Assembly: GCA_038233685.1 (NCBI GenBank)
Contig: JBBSVH010000001.1
Span: 1-56,501 of the forward strand
DNA length: 56,501 nucleotides
From: Lysobacterales bacterium
GTDB taxonomy: Bacteria; Pseudomonadota; Gammaproteobacteria; Xanthomonadales; Xanthomonadaceae
Reading direction: 5' to 3'
Below are positions 23,042 through 32,388 of the stretch, piece by piece (the first letter of the stretch is position 1; the number at the start of each line of letters is the position of its first letter). The notes under the pieces are model-generated. The model was given only the letters and a program-made list of their open reading frames with translations. It did not search any database and had not been told where the DNA came from. A program made the position numbers and the translations under genes.

Positions 23042-24550
23042 TCAGTGGCCCTCGGACGCGTTGGCCGGCTTGCTCTCCCGTGCGGCTTCGGCTTCGGCTT
23101 TGGTCACGCGGCCACCCGGATTGCCCCAGCTGTTGAGCACGTAAGTGGCGATGTTGGCCACTTCGTCGTCGGTCAGCTGGTTCATCGGCGGCATGATCGA
23201 GTTGTACTCGGTGCCGTTGACCGTCACCGGCCCTTGCAGGCCGTGCAGGATCACCCGCTGCAGCGACGCCGGATCGGCTGGGATGTAGTCGGACTTGGCC
23301 AGTGGCGGGAACACGCCTTCCATGCCTGCACCGTTGCCCTGGTGGCAGGTGGAGCACGTGCCGGTGTACAGCGCCTGGCCAGCAGCCACCTGCTCCTCGA
23401 CGGTCAGGTCGCCGGACTTGGCCGAAGCGGCGGCCGTAGCAACTGCCTTCATGTTCGGCTGCGCGCGATCGCCCAGGTACACGTAGTCGACTTCCTTGCC
23501 CGAGTAGATCGCCGCGTCCTCACGACCTTCGACCTTGAGGATGCCAAGCGCCCCCTTGTTGAAGGCGCGGAAGATACTGTGGTCCACCAGCACGTAGCTG
23601 CCGGGCACATCAAGATGGAATTCCATCATCGCCGCGCCGCCGGAAGGGATCAGCGTGGTCTGCACGTTCTCCTGGAAGTGGGTGCCGCCTTCGTACCAGA
23701 CCTTGTCGAAGATCTCGCCGATGACGTGGAAGCTGGAAACCAGGTTGGGTCCGCCGTTGCCCACGAACAGGCGCACGGTCTCGCCGACGTTCGCAGTGAT
23801 GGCCTTGTCTCCGGTCATCGCGCCTTCGCTGCCGTTGAACAGCACGTAGGTCGGATTTTCGTCGATGCCCTTCTGCATGTCGAATGCCTGGTGGCCTTTC
23901 TCTCGATACTTGCCGGCGGTGTAGAAGTCGCCCTGCATCACGTAGTACTCCTTGTCCACCGGCGGCAGCCCCTCGGGCGGCTCGACCAGGATCAAGCCGT
24001 ACATGCCGTTGGCGATATGCATGCCCACCGGCGCGGTGGCGCAGTGGTAAACGTACAGGCCGGCGTTGAGCGCCTTGAAGGTGAATTGCGAGGAGTGGCC
24101 TGGCGCGGTGAAGCTGGACGCCGCGCCGCCGCCAGGTCCGGTCACGCCGTGCAGATCGATGTTGTGCGGCATTTTCGACTCGGGCATGTTGCGCAGATGG
24201 AACTCCACGGTGTCGCCCTGGCGCACACGGATGAAGCTGCCGGGCACCGTGCCGCCAAAGGTCCAGAAGGTGTAGGTGACGCCTTCGGAGATTTCCAGGT
24301 CTGTCTCGACCACGTCCAGCTTCACGATGACCTTCGCCGGCGCCGTGCGGCCAGTGGCGGGCGGGACCATCGGTGGGCTGGTGAGGATGGCGTCGATGTC
24401 GGGCCCCTGCGGCGGGCCGAAGTCCCCTTTGCGCGCGGTGCTGAGCTGCTTGCCCGCATCGTCGGCGGCGCCTGGATCGGCGGGGTCGTTCTTGCATCCG
24501 CCCGTCACCAGCAGCGCGACTAGGGCAAGGCAGCTCAGCACACATTTCAT
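23042..24550 (-). CDS. nirK: Copper-containing nitrite reductase with C-terminal cytochrome c domain
   Basis: [37 protein letters not shown] Cu ligands; C-terminal CSTCH heme motif, FPPLA, MP; start at ATG 24550 with possible lipoprotein signal (..LLVTGGC). Confidence 0.95.
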   Translation of the reverse strand: MKCVLSCLALVALLVTGGCKNDPADPGAADDAGKQLSTARKGDFGPPQGPDIDAILTSPPMVPPATGRTAPAKVIVKLDVVETDLEISEGVTYTFWTFGGTVPGSFIRVRQGDTVEFHLRNMPESKMPHNIDLHGVTGPGGGAASSFTAPGHSSQFTFKALNAGLYVYHCATAPVGMHIANGMYGLILVEPPEGLPPVDKEYYVMQGDFYTAGKYREKGHQAFDMQKGIDENPTYVLFNGSEGAMTGDKAITANVGETVRLFVGNGGPNLVSSFHVIGEIFDKVWYEGGTHFQENVQTTLIPSGGAAMMEFHLDVPGSYVLVDHSIFRAFNKGALGILKVEGREDAAIYSGKEVDYVYLGDRAQPNMKAVATAAASAKSGDLTVEEQVAAGQALYTGTCSTCHQGNGAGMEGVFPPLAKSDYIPADPASLQRVILHGLQGPVTVNGTEYNSIMPPMNQLTDDEVANIATYVLNSWGNPGGRVTKAEAEAARESKPANASEGH

Positions 24551-24578
24551 CGCAGTTCCCGGAAGTTGATGATGTGGA

Positions 24579-25244
24579 TCAGTGGAGGTCGCCAAGTGCT
24601 TGGCGCGGATCGCCGCGCAGTGAATCCGCAAAGCCATGGTTGACATCGCGATGCTCGGCTTCGTCGGCGCGCACCGCCAGCACCACCTCGCGCAGGCGTG
24701 CGGTGGCAGGCAGCTGCCAGTAGTCGATCGCGATCTGCGGCGCGGGCACGTTCTCGACGCGGCCCGAGTCGATCTCGCCCAGGTATTGGGTGTAGCTGAT
24801 GACGGCCTGCTCTTCGAAGTAGCCGACCAGGCGGTGCGCGGTACGCGACGACGTCACGTACAGCAGCAGGAAGAAAGTGAAGAACAGGGCCTGCGCCACC
24901 AGCACCAGCATCCGCTCCAGCCAGTTGGGCCGGGCGATCTCGATGAAGGTCATCAGGTGCATGCGCTCGTTTTCCGCCTCGTCCATCAGCGTTCGGATCC
25001 AGCCTTCGTCATCGCGCATCCAGCGCAGGCAGCGCAGGTGGATCAGGGCGGCGCCGACCATGCCCGGCACCGCGGCTACAGTCTCCAGCACGATCGCGCG
25101 ATTGCCGTAGCGCTTGGCGAAGAAGGTGTCGGCGAGGTAGCGCAGTCCGCGAGTGATGCCGTAGGCGACGCGGTCGGACCAGTCTCCGATCGCATGATGG
25201 CGGTCCAGGGGAAGCAGCGGAGTCGTGGTTTTCAACATGTTCAT
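24579..25244 (-). CDS. aox: Alternative oxidase (ubiquinol oxidase, di-iron)
   Basis: [56 protein letters not shown]; all di-iron ligand motifs present. Confidence 0.94.
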   Translation of the reverse strand: MNMLKTTTPLLPLDRHHAIGDWSDRVAYGITRGLRYLADTFFAKRYGNRAIVLETVAAVPGMVGAALIHLRCLRWMRDDEGWIRTLMDEAENERMHLMTFIEIARPNWLERMLVLVAQALFFTFFLLLYVTSSRTAHRLVGYFEEQAVISYTQYLGEIDSGRVENVPAPQIAIDYWQLPATARLREVVLAVRADEAEHRDVNHGFADSLRGDPRQALGDLH

Positions 25245-25316
25245 TCGAGGATTCCGGTGGAGTTAGGCGGTGTTTTTCGCACGTGGCTAGGTTAGACCTG
25301 CCACCTCGGCCGGCCC

Positions 25317-25330
25317 TTGATTTCGATCAA
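25317..25330. promoter_or_regulatory. FNR box for the aox-nirK-nirV-sco unit
   Basis: Perfect TTGAT-TTCG-ATCAA; minus-strand TAACCT at 25294-25289 fits a -10 with the box centred at -41.5. Confidence 0.85.
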
Positions 25331-25363
25331 GTGGATAGGCTGCGTGTCGATAAGCACGCAGCC

Positions 25364-25377
25364 TTGACCTGGGTCAG
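25364..25377. promoter_or_regulatory. FNR-like box, possibly for the rightward small ORF/DUF6522 unit
   Basis: TTGAC-CTGG-GTCAG; matching -10 is weaker (TGTACT 25400-25405). Confidence 0.5.
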
Positions 25378-25444
25378 TGCCAAATCCAGCGGTATGGGCT
25401 GTACTGGCTTCCACGTAGCGGCTGCCGCCGCAGGAGCAATCACC

Positions 25445-25594
25445 ATGGGATACGAATCGGAATGGGATGGCTTCACTGCACTGGCTGCTACAGGAGTGAT
25501 TGAAGCCCTGTACTCGGCCGGCGTGGACTGCAGCATCCATGAGCGTTGCGAATGGGTCGAAGCCGGCCAGGTCGACGACCGTGAGCGAGACTGA
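25445..25594 (+). CDS. Small acidic hypothetical protein (49 aa)
   Basis: AGGAG Shine-Dalgarno just upstream of ATG 25445; MGYESEWDGFTALAATGVIEALYSAGVDCSIHERCEWVEAGQVDDRERD. Confidence 0.45.
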   Translation: MGYESEWDGFTALAATGVIEALYSAGVDCSIHERCEWVEAGQVDDRERD

Positions 25595-25943
25595 TCGCAA
25601 CGCGCGCCCGCCGGCAGAGTCTGCTGGGTCGCTGCGGAGTGCGGGACAGGAGGTTGATCCAGCGATCGTCGGCCGCGGGCTGAAGGCCGCGGCATTGCAC
25701 GATGCCGTGACTATCGAGATCGACGCGCGCGTCGTTGCCGAGGGCCTGGGCATCGCGGCGGAAGACGTGGAACCGGCCAGGCGCGCAGGTACCATCACCA
25801 CGCTGTGCGAACGCGGTACGGGCGAACACGCCGGCCTGGTCCGCGCCACCTTCTATCTGGGCAAGCGGCGCCTGCGGCTGCTGGTGGACGCGCAAGGCAA
25901 GGTGCTGCAGCAGCACCCCGGGCCCGATCAGCCAAACACGTAG
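25581..25943 (+). CDS. DUF6522-like protein
   Basis: C-terminal IEIDARVVAEGLGI...GTITTLCERGTGEHAG..RATFY..RRLRLLVDAQG resembles DUF6522; start uncertain (GTG 25581 or 25707). Confidence 0.6.
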   Translation: MSETDRNARPPAESAGSLRSAGQEVDPAIVGRGLKAAALHDAVTIEIDARVVAEGLGIAAEDVEPARRAGTITTLCERGTGEHAGLVRATFYLGKRRLRLLVDAQGKVLQQHPGPDQPNT

Positions 25944-26332
25944 TACAGCCAGCCCATCGGATGGTGCATGCGCGCGATGCCGATCATGGCCGCGTAGACG
26001 ACCACCGCCGCCACGAAGGTGGCCGCGCGGATGCGTGCGGTGCGCCCTCGCTTCAAGGCCAGGCTGCCCAGCACCACGTACACCACCAGCAGGACCAGCT
26101 TCAGTGCCAGCCAGCCGTTGGCGTACAGGCCGTGGGGCAGGATGGTCAGCAGCATGAAGGCAGCGCTGAGCAGTATCGTGTCGATCGAATAGCTCAGGTA
26201 GCGCAGCGCAGGCAGCATCGCCACGCGCTCGCGCCCGGCCTGCACCAGCACGCCGCGCAGCAGGAACAGGAACCCGCTGGCGAACACCGACGCCACGTGC
26301 ACCCACTTGATCTGTGCGTAGAACTCGATCAT
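25928..26332 (-). CDS. SirB2-family membrane protein
   Basis: IKWVHV, YSIDTILLSAA, WLALKLVLLVVYVVLGSLAL, HHPMGW; ATG 26332 with GGGAGGA upstream. Confidence 0.8.
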   Translation of the reverse strand: MIEFYAQIKWVHVASVFASGFLFLLRGVLVQAGRERVAMLPALRYLSYSIDTILLSAAFMLLTILPHGLYANGWLALKLVLLVVYVVLGSLALKRGRTARIRAATFVAAVVVYAAMIGIARMHHPMGWLYYVFG

Positions 26333-26357
26333 TACCCGGTTCCTCCCATCGCGGCCC

Positions 26358-27650
26358 TCATCCCGGCTTGCCGTCGGCACGCGGTGACAAGTAGATGCGG
26401 CCGATTCGCATCACCCACGGCGCGAAAGCAACAAGCCAGCCCAAGGCCGCTGCCAACTGCCAGGCCATGCCGTCCGGGCCCACCTCGGCGACCACCCGAA
26501 TCACCGCCACAAGCTGGATTGCGACGAAGGCAAACCAGGCCACGGCCGGCATCACCAGCGGCCGTCCCGAATGGCCTTGGGTCACCCGCGTCACCATCGC
26601 GATGAGCACGCTGCCGAAAAAGCCGATGAACAGCGCGTGCGCCGGTGCGCGGCCCAGCCAGAACACCCCGGTGGCCAAGTAGGCGACGCTTTGCGCCAGG
26701 TAAAGCGCGAAGGCGATCGGCAACCACGTCAGTCCAATGAACAGCACCCTGAGGATGCCGGGCACCGGGTTGCGTGCCATCTCCGTTGCATCCTGCGCAC
26801 GCTCCACTTGGACATCGAGGCGCCTGGGCCACCAGCGCACCAGCATGGTCACAGTGAGCGCCAAGAGGGGCAAGTCCGCGATCCACAGCCACGAATACGC
26901 GTGCACCAGCTCCAGTCCCATGTGCAGCAGCGCCAGCGGCCAGAACAGCGCAAGAAGCCACAGCGGACGCCATGGCTGGTAACCCTCGACCACGCTGCCG
27001 GCAAAGAACGGGAACATGCGGTGGGCCACGGTCACATACACCGGCAGCAGCAGGCCGAAGGTGCCGATCTTGATGCTCGCAAACGCCCACAAGGGCGAGG
27101 CGCCGAGCAGGAACGCCAGCCACGCCACGGCGCCGGTCAGCCCTAGGACCAGAGCCGCCAGGCAGGAGCGAGCGTGCCAGGTGGTGCCGGCCTCGCGCCA
27201 CAGCAGCGGGGCCAGCGCCGAAATTCCGGCCACGAAGCCGAGCACGGTCAGCAGGCTGCCCGCGAGCACGCCGTAGGGCACGCCCAGAGCGCCCAGCAGG
27301 CTGGCCAGCTGGCCGCCCATCAAGCCGATCCCCACCGGCAGATAGCGCACCCGCGCGATGTCCGGCTGGCCGGTCCATTTGGGGAAGGTAGTGAGCAGGA
27401 AGCCGAAGAAAAAGCTGGGTAGCACCTGGTATTGCATGACGAACGCGTGGATCCAGCCCGCCGGAATACCGTCAGGTTGCGGCAGTCCAACTGCAGGCCA
27501 TCGCGCCGAGGCCAGCCAGGCCGTCCACCAGGCCATGGCCAGCAGCAGGTTGCCCGCACCGATGAAGAACATCAGCCGGTGCGGCGCCGCTACCAGCAGG
27601 CGTGGGGAGAGTGGCGCGAGCAAAATGGACGGAGTCGGTTCGGATTTCAT
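26358..27650 (-). CDS. nnrS: NnrS-family protein (NO stress tolerance)
   Basis: APHRLMFF, IHAFVM, GFLLTTFPKW, HALFIGF..MVTRVTQGHSGRPL, PRADGKPG C-terminus; start set at ATG 27650. Confidence 0.88.
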   Translation of the reverse strand: MKSEPTPSILLAPLSPRLLVAAPHRLMFFIGAGNLLLAMAWWTAWLASARWPAVGLPQPDGIPAGWIHAFVMQYQVLPSFFFGFLLTTFPKWTGQPDIARVRYLPVGIGLMGGQLASLLGALGVPYGVLAGSLLTVLGFVAGISALAPLLWREAGTTWHARSCLAALVLGLTGAVAWLAFLLGASPLWAFASIKIGTFGLLLPVYVTVAHRMFPFFAGSVVEGYQPWRPLWLLALFWPLALLHMGLELVHAYSWLWIADLPLLALTVTMLVRWWPRRLDVQVERAQDATEMARNPVPGILRVLFIGLTWLPIAFALYLAQSVAYLATGVFWLGRAPAHALFIGFFGSVLIAMVTRVTQGHSGRPLVMPAVAWFAFVAIQLVAVIRVVAEVGPDGMAWQLAAALGWLVAFAPWVMRIGRIYLSPRADGKPG

Positions 27651-27698
27651 GGGTTGCCTGTTCGCATGGGCGTGTCTTTCAGCGGGAGCCACAAGGAA

Positions 27699-27722
27699 GC
27701 AGGCCACCCGGAGGTGGCCTGC
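27699..27722. terminator. GC-rich hairpin between norB and nnrS
   Basis: GCAGGCCACC-CGGA-GGTGGCCTGC; only a short T-rich tail on the minus strand. Confidence 0.45.
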
Positions 27723-27728
27723 AGTGCA

Positions 27729-30059
27729 TCAGGGCTCGATCCGTTCCACTTCCCCAGCCAACACGGGCTCGCGCCGCGGCGCGATCCACAGCCTCAGCAC
27801 GAACCAGGCCAGGGCTACGGCGCCGATGCTGAAGAGGATATCCCCAGGCATGCGCATCCAGATCAGCAGTTCCACGATGGGTTTTTGCATGAATTCGGCC
27901 GAACGCGAGTACCAGTAGCCGTGTTCGATCGCCGCTAGCAGCTGCATCGTCCCAAGCGGCAGCAGCGTCAGCACGCCCATCAAGGCCAAACCGATGTTGA
28001 GCGTCCAGAACGAAAGTTTCAGCATCTTCGTGTCCCAGACCATCTGCCCGCGCAGCCCGCGCAGGCAGAACAGCACGAGGGCGATGCCGAGCATGCCGTA
28101 CACGCCGAACAGGGCCGTGTGGGCGTGCAGGGCGGTCAGGTTGAGTCCCTGCATGTAGTACAGCGACAGCGGCGGGTTGATCAGGAAGCCGAACAGCCCC
28201 GCACCGACCAGGTTCCAGAACGACACCGCGATGAAGAACATCACCGGCCAGCGGTAGCGAGCCATCCACGGCGTGGACTTGCCAAGTTTCCACGTGTGGT
28301 ACGCCTCGAAACCCAGGTAGGCTAGTGGCACCACTTCCAGCGCGCTGAAGCTTGCACCCAGCGCCACTACCGAAATCGGCGTGCCGATGAAGTAGAGGTG
28401 GTGCAGTGTCCCCAGCACGCCGCCTGCCATGAAGATGATGGTGGCGAACAGCACCGCAATGTTCGCCGTCGAGGTCTTGACCAGGCCCAGGCGGGTGAAG
28501 ATCAGCGCCATCACCGCGGTGGCAAAAACTTCGAAGAAGCCTTCCACCCACAGGTGGACCAGCCACCAGCGCCAGTACTCGACCTCGGAAATGTGCGTGT
28601 GCTCGCCCCACATCAACGCCGAGGCGTAGAAAAATCCAATGGCGACCGTGGACAGGAACAGCAGGCCCACGATGGATTTAGAATCCGTGGCCGGGCCCTT
28701 GAATATCGGCCACAGCGAGCGGCCCACCAGGGCTACCCAGAGCAGCAGCCCAATGAACAGGTACCACTGCCAGAAGCGGCCCATGTCGGCATATTCCCAG
28801 CCCTGGTGTCCGAACCAGAAGTTGTAGTCCAGCGGCAGAATCTGCATGACCGCGAACCATTGTCCAGCGAACCCGCCGACCACGATCAGCAGCAACGAGA
28901 CGAACAGGAAGTTGACTCCGAAGCGCTGGTACTTCGGTTCATGGCCGGACAGCGCAGGACCGATGTACAGCCCAGTGCCCAGCCACGCCGTGGCGATCCA
29001 CAACACCGCCAGTTGCGTGTGCCAGGTGCGTGCCAGGGAGTAGGGCAGGATCTCCGACAGCGCGAAGCCGTAAGCTTCCTGACCCTCCACCTGGTAATGC
29101 GCAGTGATAGCGCCCAGCAGGATCTGCACGAGGAACAACGCAAGCACGAGCCAGAAATACTTCGCGGTGGCGCGCATGGAAGGCGTGATGCGCAGCAGCG
29201 CGAAAGGATCGGAAGCGGGAATCGGATGTGGCTCTTCGCCGCGTCCGTGGGTCACCGCGTAGTGCCAGCCGAGGAGTGCGATACCCAGGATCAGGAACAG
29301 CACGCTGAAGGCAGACCACACCCACAGCGCGGGCGGTGGTGTGTTACCTACGAGCGGCTCGCTCGGCCAGTTGTTGGTGTAGGTCACCTTCTTGCTGGCC
29401 ATGCCGGTCGCGTTTGGCGCCAGCTTGTCGCCAATCTCGCCGGCGCGCTCGGTGGTCGCGGCCCACGCGGTCCACCAGAAGAACGCGGTCAGCGCACGCC
29501 GGTATTCCACCGTGCCGACGGTGGAATCCTTCATCGCGTACTGCTCACGCAGTTCGCCGGTGGTCGGATCGTTGCCGAACAGGCTCACGTAATGCGCGGC
29601 CACGTTCGACATCGCCGCGGCGCGGTCGGAGGTCACGGTAATGGTCTTCATCACCGGGTCGTAGGTGTTCTCGCGCATCATCAGCTGCAGGCGGCCCTGC
29701 AGGGCGGCCTTCTGCTCGGCAGGGAGCTGCGCGTAGGTGGCGGTGCCGCCGTCGCTGCGCGCCCATCGGTCCAGCACCTCGGTCGCCTCGCGATGCAGCC
29801 AGTCTGCGCTCCAGTCGGGGGCGACGTAGGCGCCGTGTCCCCAGATCGAGCCCAAGTGCATGCCGCCCATCGACTGCCAGACTTGGCGACCCTGCTCGAT
29901 GTCGGCGCGGGTGTAGAGGACGTTGCCGTCCTCGGCCAGGACCTTCTCCGGCATCGGCGGGGCAGCGCGGAAAATCTCGCTGCCTGCCCAGAGCAGGACT
30001 GAAAAGGAGGTGACCAGCAGCACGGCCAGTGCTATCCACAGCTTGCGGGTATTGCTCAT
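27729..30059 (-). CDS. norB: Quinol-dependent nitric oxide reductase (qNor)
   Basis: GSIWGHGAYVAPDWSADWLHRE, YTNNWP.EP, RTWHTQL, WWLVHLWVEGFFE, GTLHHLYF, HAHTALFGVYG; single ~776-aa subunit; ATG 30059 with GGAGAG. Confidence 0.96.
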   Translation of the reverse strand: MSNTRKLWIALAVLLVTSFSVLLWAGSEIFRAAPPMPEKVLAEDGNVLYTRADIEQGRQVWQSMGGMHLGSIWGHGAYVAPDWSADWLHREATEVLDRWARSDGGTATYAQLPAEQKAALQGRLQLMMRENTYDPVMKTITVTSDRAAAMSNVAAHYVSLFGNDPTTGELREQYAMKDSTVGTVEYRRALTAFFWWTAWAATTERAGEIGDKLAPNATGMASKKVTYTNNWPSEPLVGNTPPPALWVWSAFSVLFLILGIALLGWHYAVTHGRGEEPHPIPASDPFALLRITPSMRATAKYFWLVLALFLVQILLGAITAHYQVEGQEAYGFALSEILPYSLARTWHTQLAVLWIATAWLGTGLYIGPALSGHEPKYQRFGVNFLFVSLLLIVVGGFAGQWFAVMQILPLDYNFWFGHQGWEYADMGRFWQWYLFIGLLLWVALVGRSLWPIFKGPATDSKSIVGLLFLSTVAIGFFYASALMWGEHTHISEVEYWRWWLVHLWVEGFFEVFATAVMALIFTRLGLVKTSTANIAVLFATIIFMAGGVLGTLHHLYFIGTPISVVALGASFSALEVVPLAYLGFEAYHTWKLGKSTPWMARYRWPVMFFIAVSFWNLVGAGLFGFLINPPLSLYYMQGLNLTALHAHTALFGVYGMLGIALVLFCLRGLRGQMVWDTKMLKLSFWTLNIGLALMGVLTLLPLGTMQLLAAIEHGYWYSRSAEFMQKPIVELLIWMRMPGDILFSIGAVALAWFVLRLWIAPRREPVLAGEVERIEP

Positions 30060-30112
30060 GGCGCTCTCCATAAAGGTCGAGCGCATCGTGCGCCGCCGCC
30101 CGCGACGCCGCC

Positions 30113-30126
30113 ATGATCTGGATCAA
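30113..30126. promoter_or_regulatory. FNR box upstream of norB
   Basis: ATGAT-CTGG-ATCAA; minus-strand CACGAT at 30090-30085 at the class II spacing. Confidence 0.75.
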
Positions 30127-30184
30127 GTTGGCTAGGGCGAAGGCCTGGAAGTGCTCCAGATGGCGTGCAGTGCCGTGATTCCCG

Positions 30185-30988
30185 TCAGAGCCGCAGGATA
30201 GGGGCGGCCAGGTCGTCCAAAGCCCCGCGCTGCAACAGTTCGACTTCGCGCCGATCCACCGAAAGCACGCCGTCGTCCTGCATGCGCTTAAGCACGCGGC
30301 TGACGGTTTCAGGCGCCAGCCGCAGGTAGTTGGCGATGTCGGTCCGCGCCATCGTGAGCTGGAAGCGGCTGGGTGAGAACCCGCGCGCGGCTAGGCGTTG
30401 CGACAGCCCGACCAGGAACGCGGCCATGCGCTGGTCCGCAGACCAGTCGCCTGCCAGCAATGCCGCGCGGCCGATGTCGCGGCTCAGCAGTCGGAAGAGG
30501 TGCTTTTGCAGTCCCGGCAGGCGCGCGGCCAGAACTGCGATCTTCGGGAACGAGAACCGGCACAGCATCACCGTGTCCAGCGCCACCGCATTGCAGGGAT
30601 ACGTTTCCCCGTCGATGGCGTTCAGGCCGATAACTTCGCCGGGCAGGTGAAATCCCAATACGTGTTCGCGACCGTCGCGGTCAATCACGTAGGTCTTGAC
30701 CGTGCCTGTACGTACCGCGGCGATGGCTTCGAACGCATCACCTTCGCGGAAGATGTGCTCACCTTCGCGGATCGGTCCGACGTGCTCGACCAGCACATGC
30801 AGATCGAGCAGCGCGGCCTTGTCCATGCCCTCCGACAGGCAAGCCTGTGAGAACGCGCAGGTCGAACAGAAACGCAGCGCGTCGCCGTCGTCACCAAGCG
30901 TGCGGGCATCCTGCCGCGGGAATGGGGTTGGATCCGCGTTTGGTTCGGCGACCGGCTCAGATGGCGCGCGAGAATTGTGGGTTGGCAA
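30185..30988 (-). CDS. fnr: FNR/Anr-type O2-sensing Crp/Fnr regulator
   Basis: C-x2-C-x5-C (CSTCAFSQAC) plus a later Cys (VMLC); GFHLPGE; HTH with DIANYL..ETVSR recognition helix; start uncertain. Confidence 0.9.
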   Translation of the reverse strand: MPTHNSRAPSEPVAEPNADPTPFPRQDARTLGDDGDALRFCSTCAFSQACLSEGMDKAALLDLHVLVEHVGPIREGEHIFREGDAFEAIAAVRTGTVKTYVIDRDGREHVLGFHLPGEVIGLNAIDGETYPCNAVALDTVMLCRFSFPKIAVLAARLPGLQKHLFRLLSRDIGRAALLAGDWSADQRMAAFLVGLSQRLAARGFSPSRFQLTMARTDIANYLRLAPETVSRVLKRMQDDGVLSVDRREVELLQRGALDDLAAPILRL

Positions 30989-32354
30989 CGTTGGCAGGCC
31001 TGTCGAGGTAACGATCGAAGCACATGGCCATGTTACGCACCAACAACCGCCCGCGCGAGGTGGCCACGATCCGCTGCGGCTCGATCCGCACCAGCCCGTC
31101 TTCCACCAGCGGCCGCAGATTTTCGAGCGCTTCGGCGAAATACGCGCGGAAGTCGATCAGGTAGCGTCGTTCCAGCGCCGCCATCGGGATCTCGCCCTGG
31201 CACATCAGTCGCTGGATCACGTCGGCGCGCAGCTGGTCATCCTCGTTCAGCTGCAGGCCACGGAATACCGGCAGTCGCCCCAGGTCCAGGGCAATCTCCC
31301 AGCCGGCAAGTTTACGGGGATTCTGGCTGAAGCTGTCGCCGATATGGCTGATCGCGCTGACGCCAAGTCCGATAAGGTCAGTATCGGAGTGCGTGGTGTA
31401 GCCCATGAAATTGCGGTGCAGCCCACCCCGGGCCTGTGCCCGGGCGAGTTCGTCGTCGGGCAGCGCAAAGTGATCCATGCCGATGTACACGTATCCCGCC
31501 GCTGTCAACTTCTCGATCGCCAGCTGCAACAGTCCAAGTTTCGCGGCGGGCGAGGGCAGGTCGTTCTCGTCAATCTGCCGCTCTGGCTTGAACACTTCGG
31601 GAAGGTGCGCATAGCTGTAAACCGCAAGCCGGTCGGGACGCGCCGCCACGATGGTGTCCAACGTGTGTGCAAAACCCTCGGCATTCTGCTTCGGAAGGCC
31701 ATAGATCAGATCGACATTGACCGAGCGCAGCCGATGCCGGCGGCACGCCTGGATGATGGCCAAGGTCTCCTCGGCGCTCTGCACGCGGTTGACCGCAGCC
31801 TGCACCACAGGGTCGAAATCCTGCACACCCAGGCTGGCGCGGTTGAAGCCGATCGCGGCAAGCTCACCGATGTCCCCCGGGGTGACATGGCGCGGATCGA
31901 GTTCGATGGAAATGTCGCGCTCACGGTCGTCGGCGAAGTGGAAATGTGCGCGCAGCGTAGCCACTACCTCAGCCAGTTGCGCCGGGGAGAGGAAGTTGGG
32001 TGTGCCGCCACCAAAATGCAGCTGGATGACTTCGCGATCGCGATCAAACAGTGCCGCTGTCAATGCGATCTCGCGGTATAGCCGCGCCAGGTAGCTTTCG
32101 CCACGGGCGACATCGCGGCTGATGATCCGGTTGCAGCCACAGTAGAAGCACGGACTCATGCAGAACGGCACATGCACGTAGAGTGACAGGCGCCGCGGTA
32201 TCGGATCCCCGTTGCTGGCCATAGCCGCAGCACGCAACTGTGGTTCACCGAACGACGACGTGAAGTGCGGCGCGGTCGGGTAAGAGGTATAGCGCGGGCC
32301 CGGCCGGTCGTAGCGGCGCAGCAATTCGGTGTCGAAGGCTGGGTGCTTGTGCAT
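30957..32354 (-). CDS. hemN: Oxygen-independent coproporphyrinogen III oxidase
   Basis: GPRYTSYPTA, YVHVPFCMSPCFYCGCN radical-SAM motif, GGGTP, IGMDHFA, RNFMGY, FSRAI. Confidence 0.96.
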   Translation of the reverse strand: MHKHPAFDTELLRRYDRPGPRYTSYPTAPHFTSSFGEPQLRAAAMASNGDPIPRRLSLYVHVPFCMSPCFYCGCNRIISRDVARGESYLARLYREIALTAALFDRDREVIQLHFGGGTPNFLSPAQLAEVVATLRAHFHFADDRERDISIELDPRHVTPGDIGELAAIGFNRASLGVQDFDPVVQAAVNRVQSAEETLAIIQACRRHRLRSVNVDLIYGLPKQNAEGFAHTLDTIVAARPDRLAVYSYAHLPEVFKPERQIDENDLPSPAAKLGLLQLAIEKLTAAGYVYIGMDHFALPDDELARAQARGGLHRNFMGYTTHSDTDLIGLGVSAISHIGDSFSQNPRKLAGWEIALDLGRLPVFRGLQLNEDDQLRADVIQRLMCQGEIPMAALERRYLIDFRAYFAEALENLRPLVEDGLVRIEPQRIVATSRGRLLVRNMAMCFDRYLDRPANVANPQFSRAI

Positions 32355-32388
32355 TGGGGGAGGCTACTTGCTGACCACGGGCAACGCG

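Noticed and set aside
24569-24582. FNR-like ATGAT-GTGG-ATCAG just upstream of nirK
   Set aside because: Two mismatches, overlaps the aox stop, and too close to the nirK ATG for -41.5 activation; may be chance
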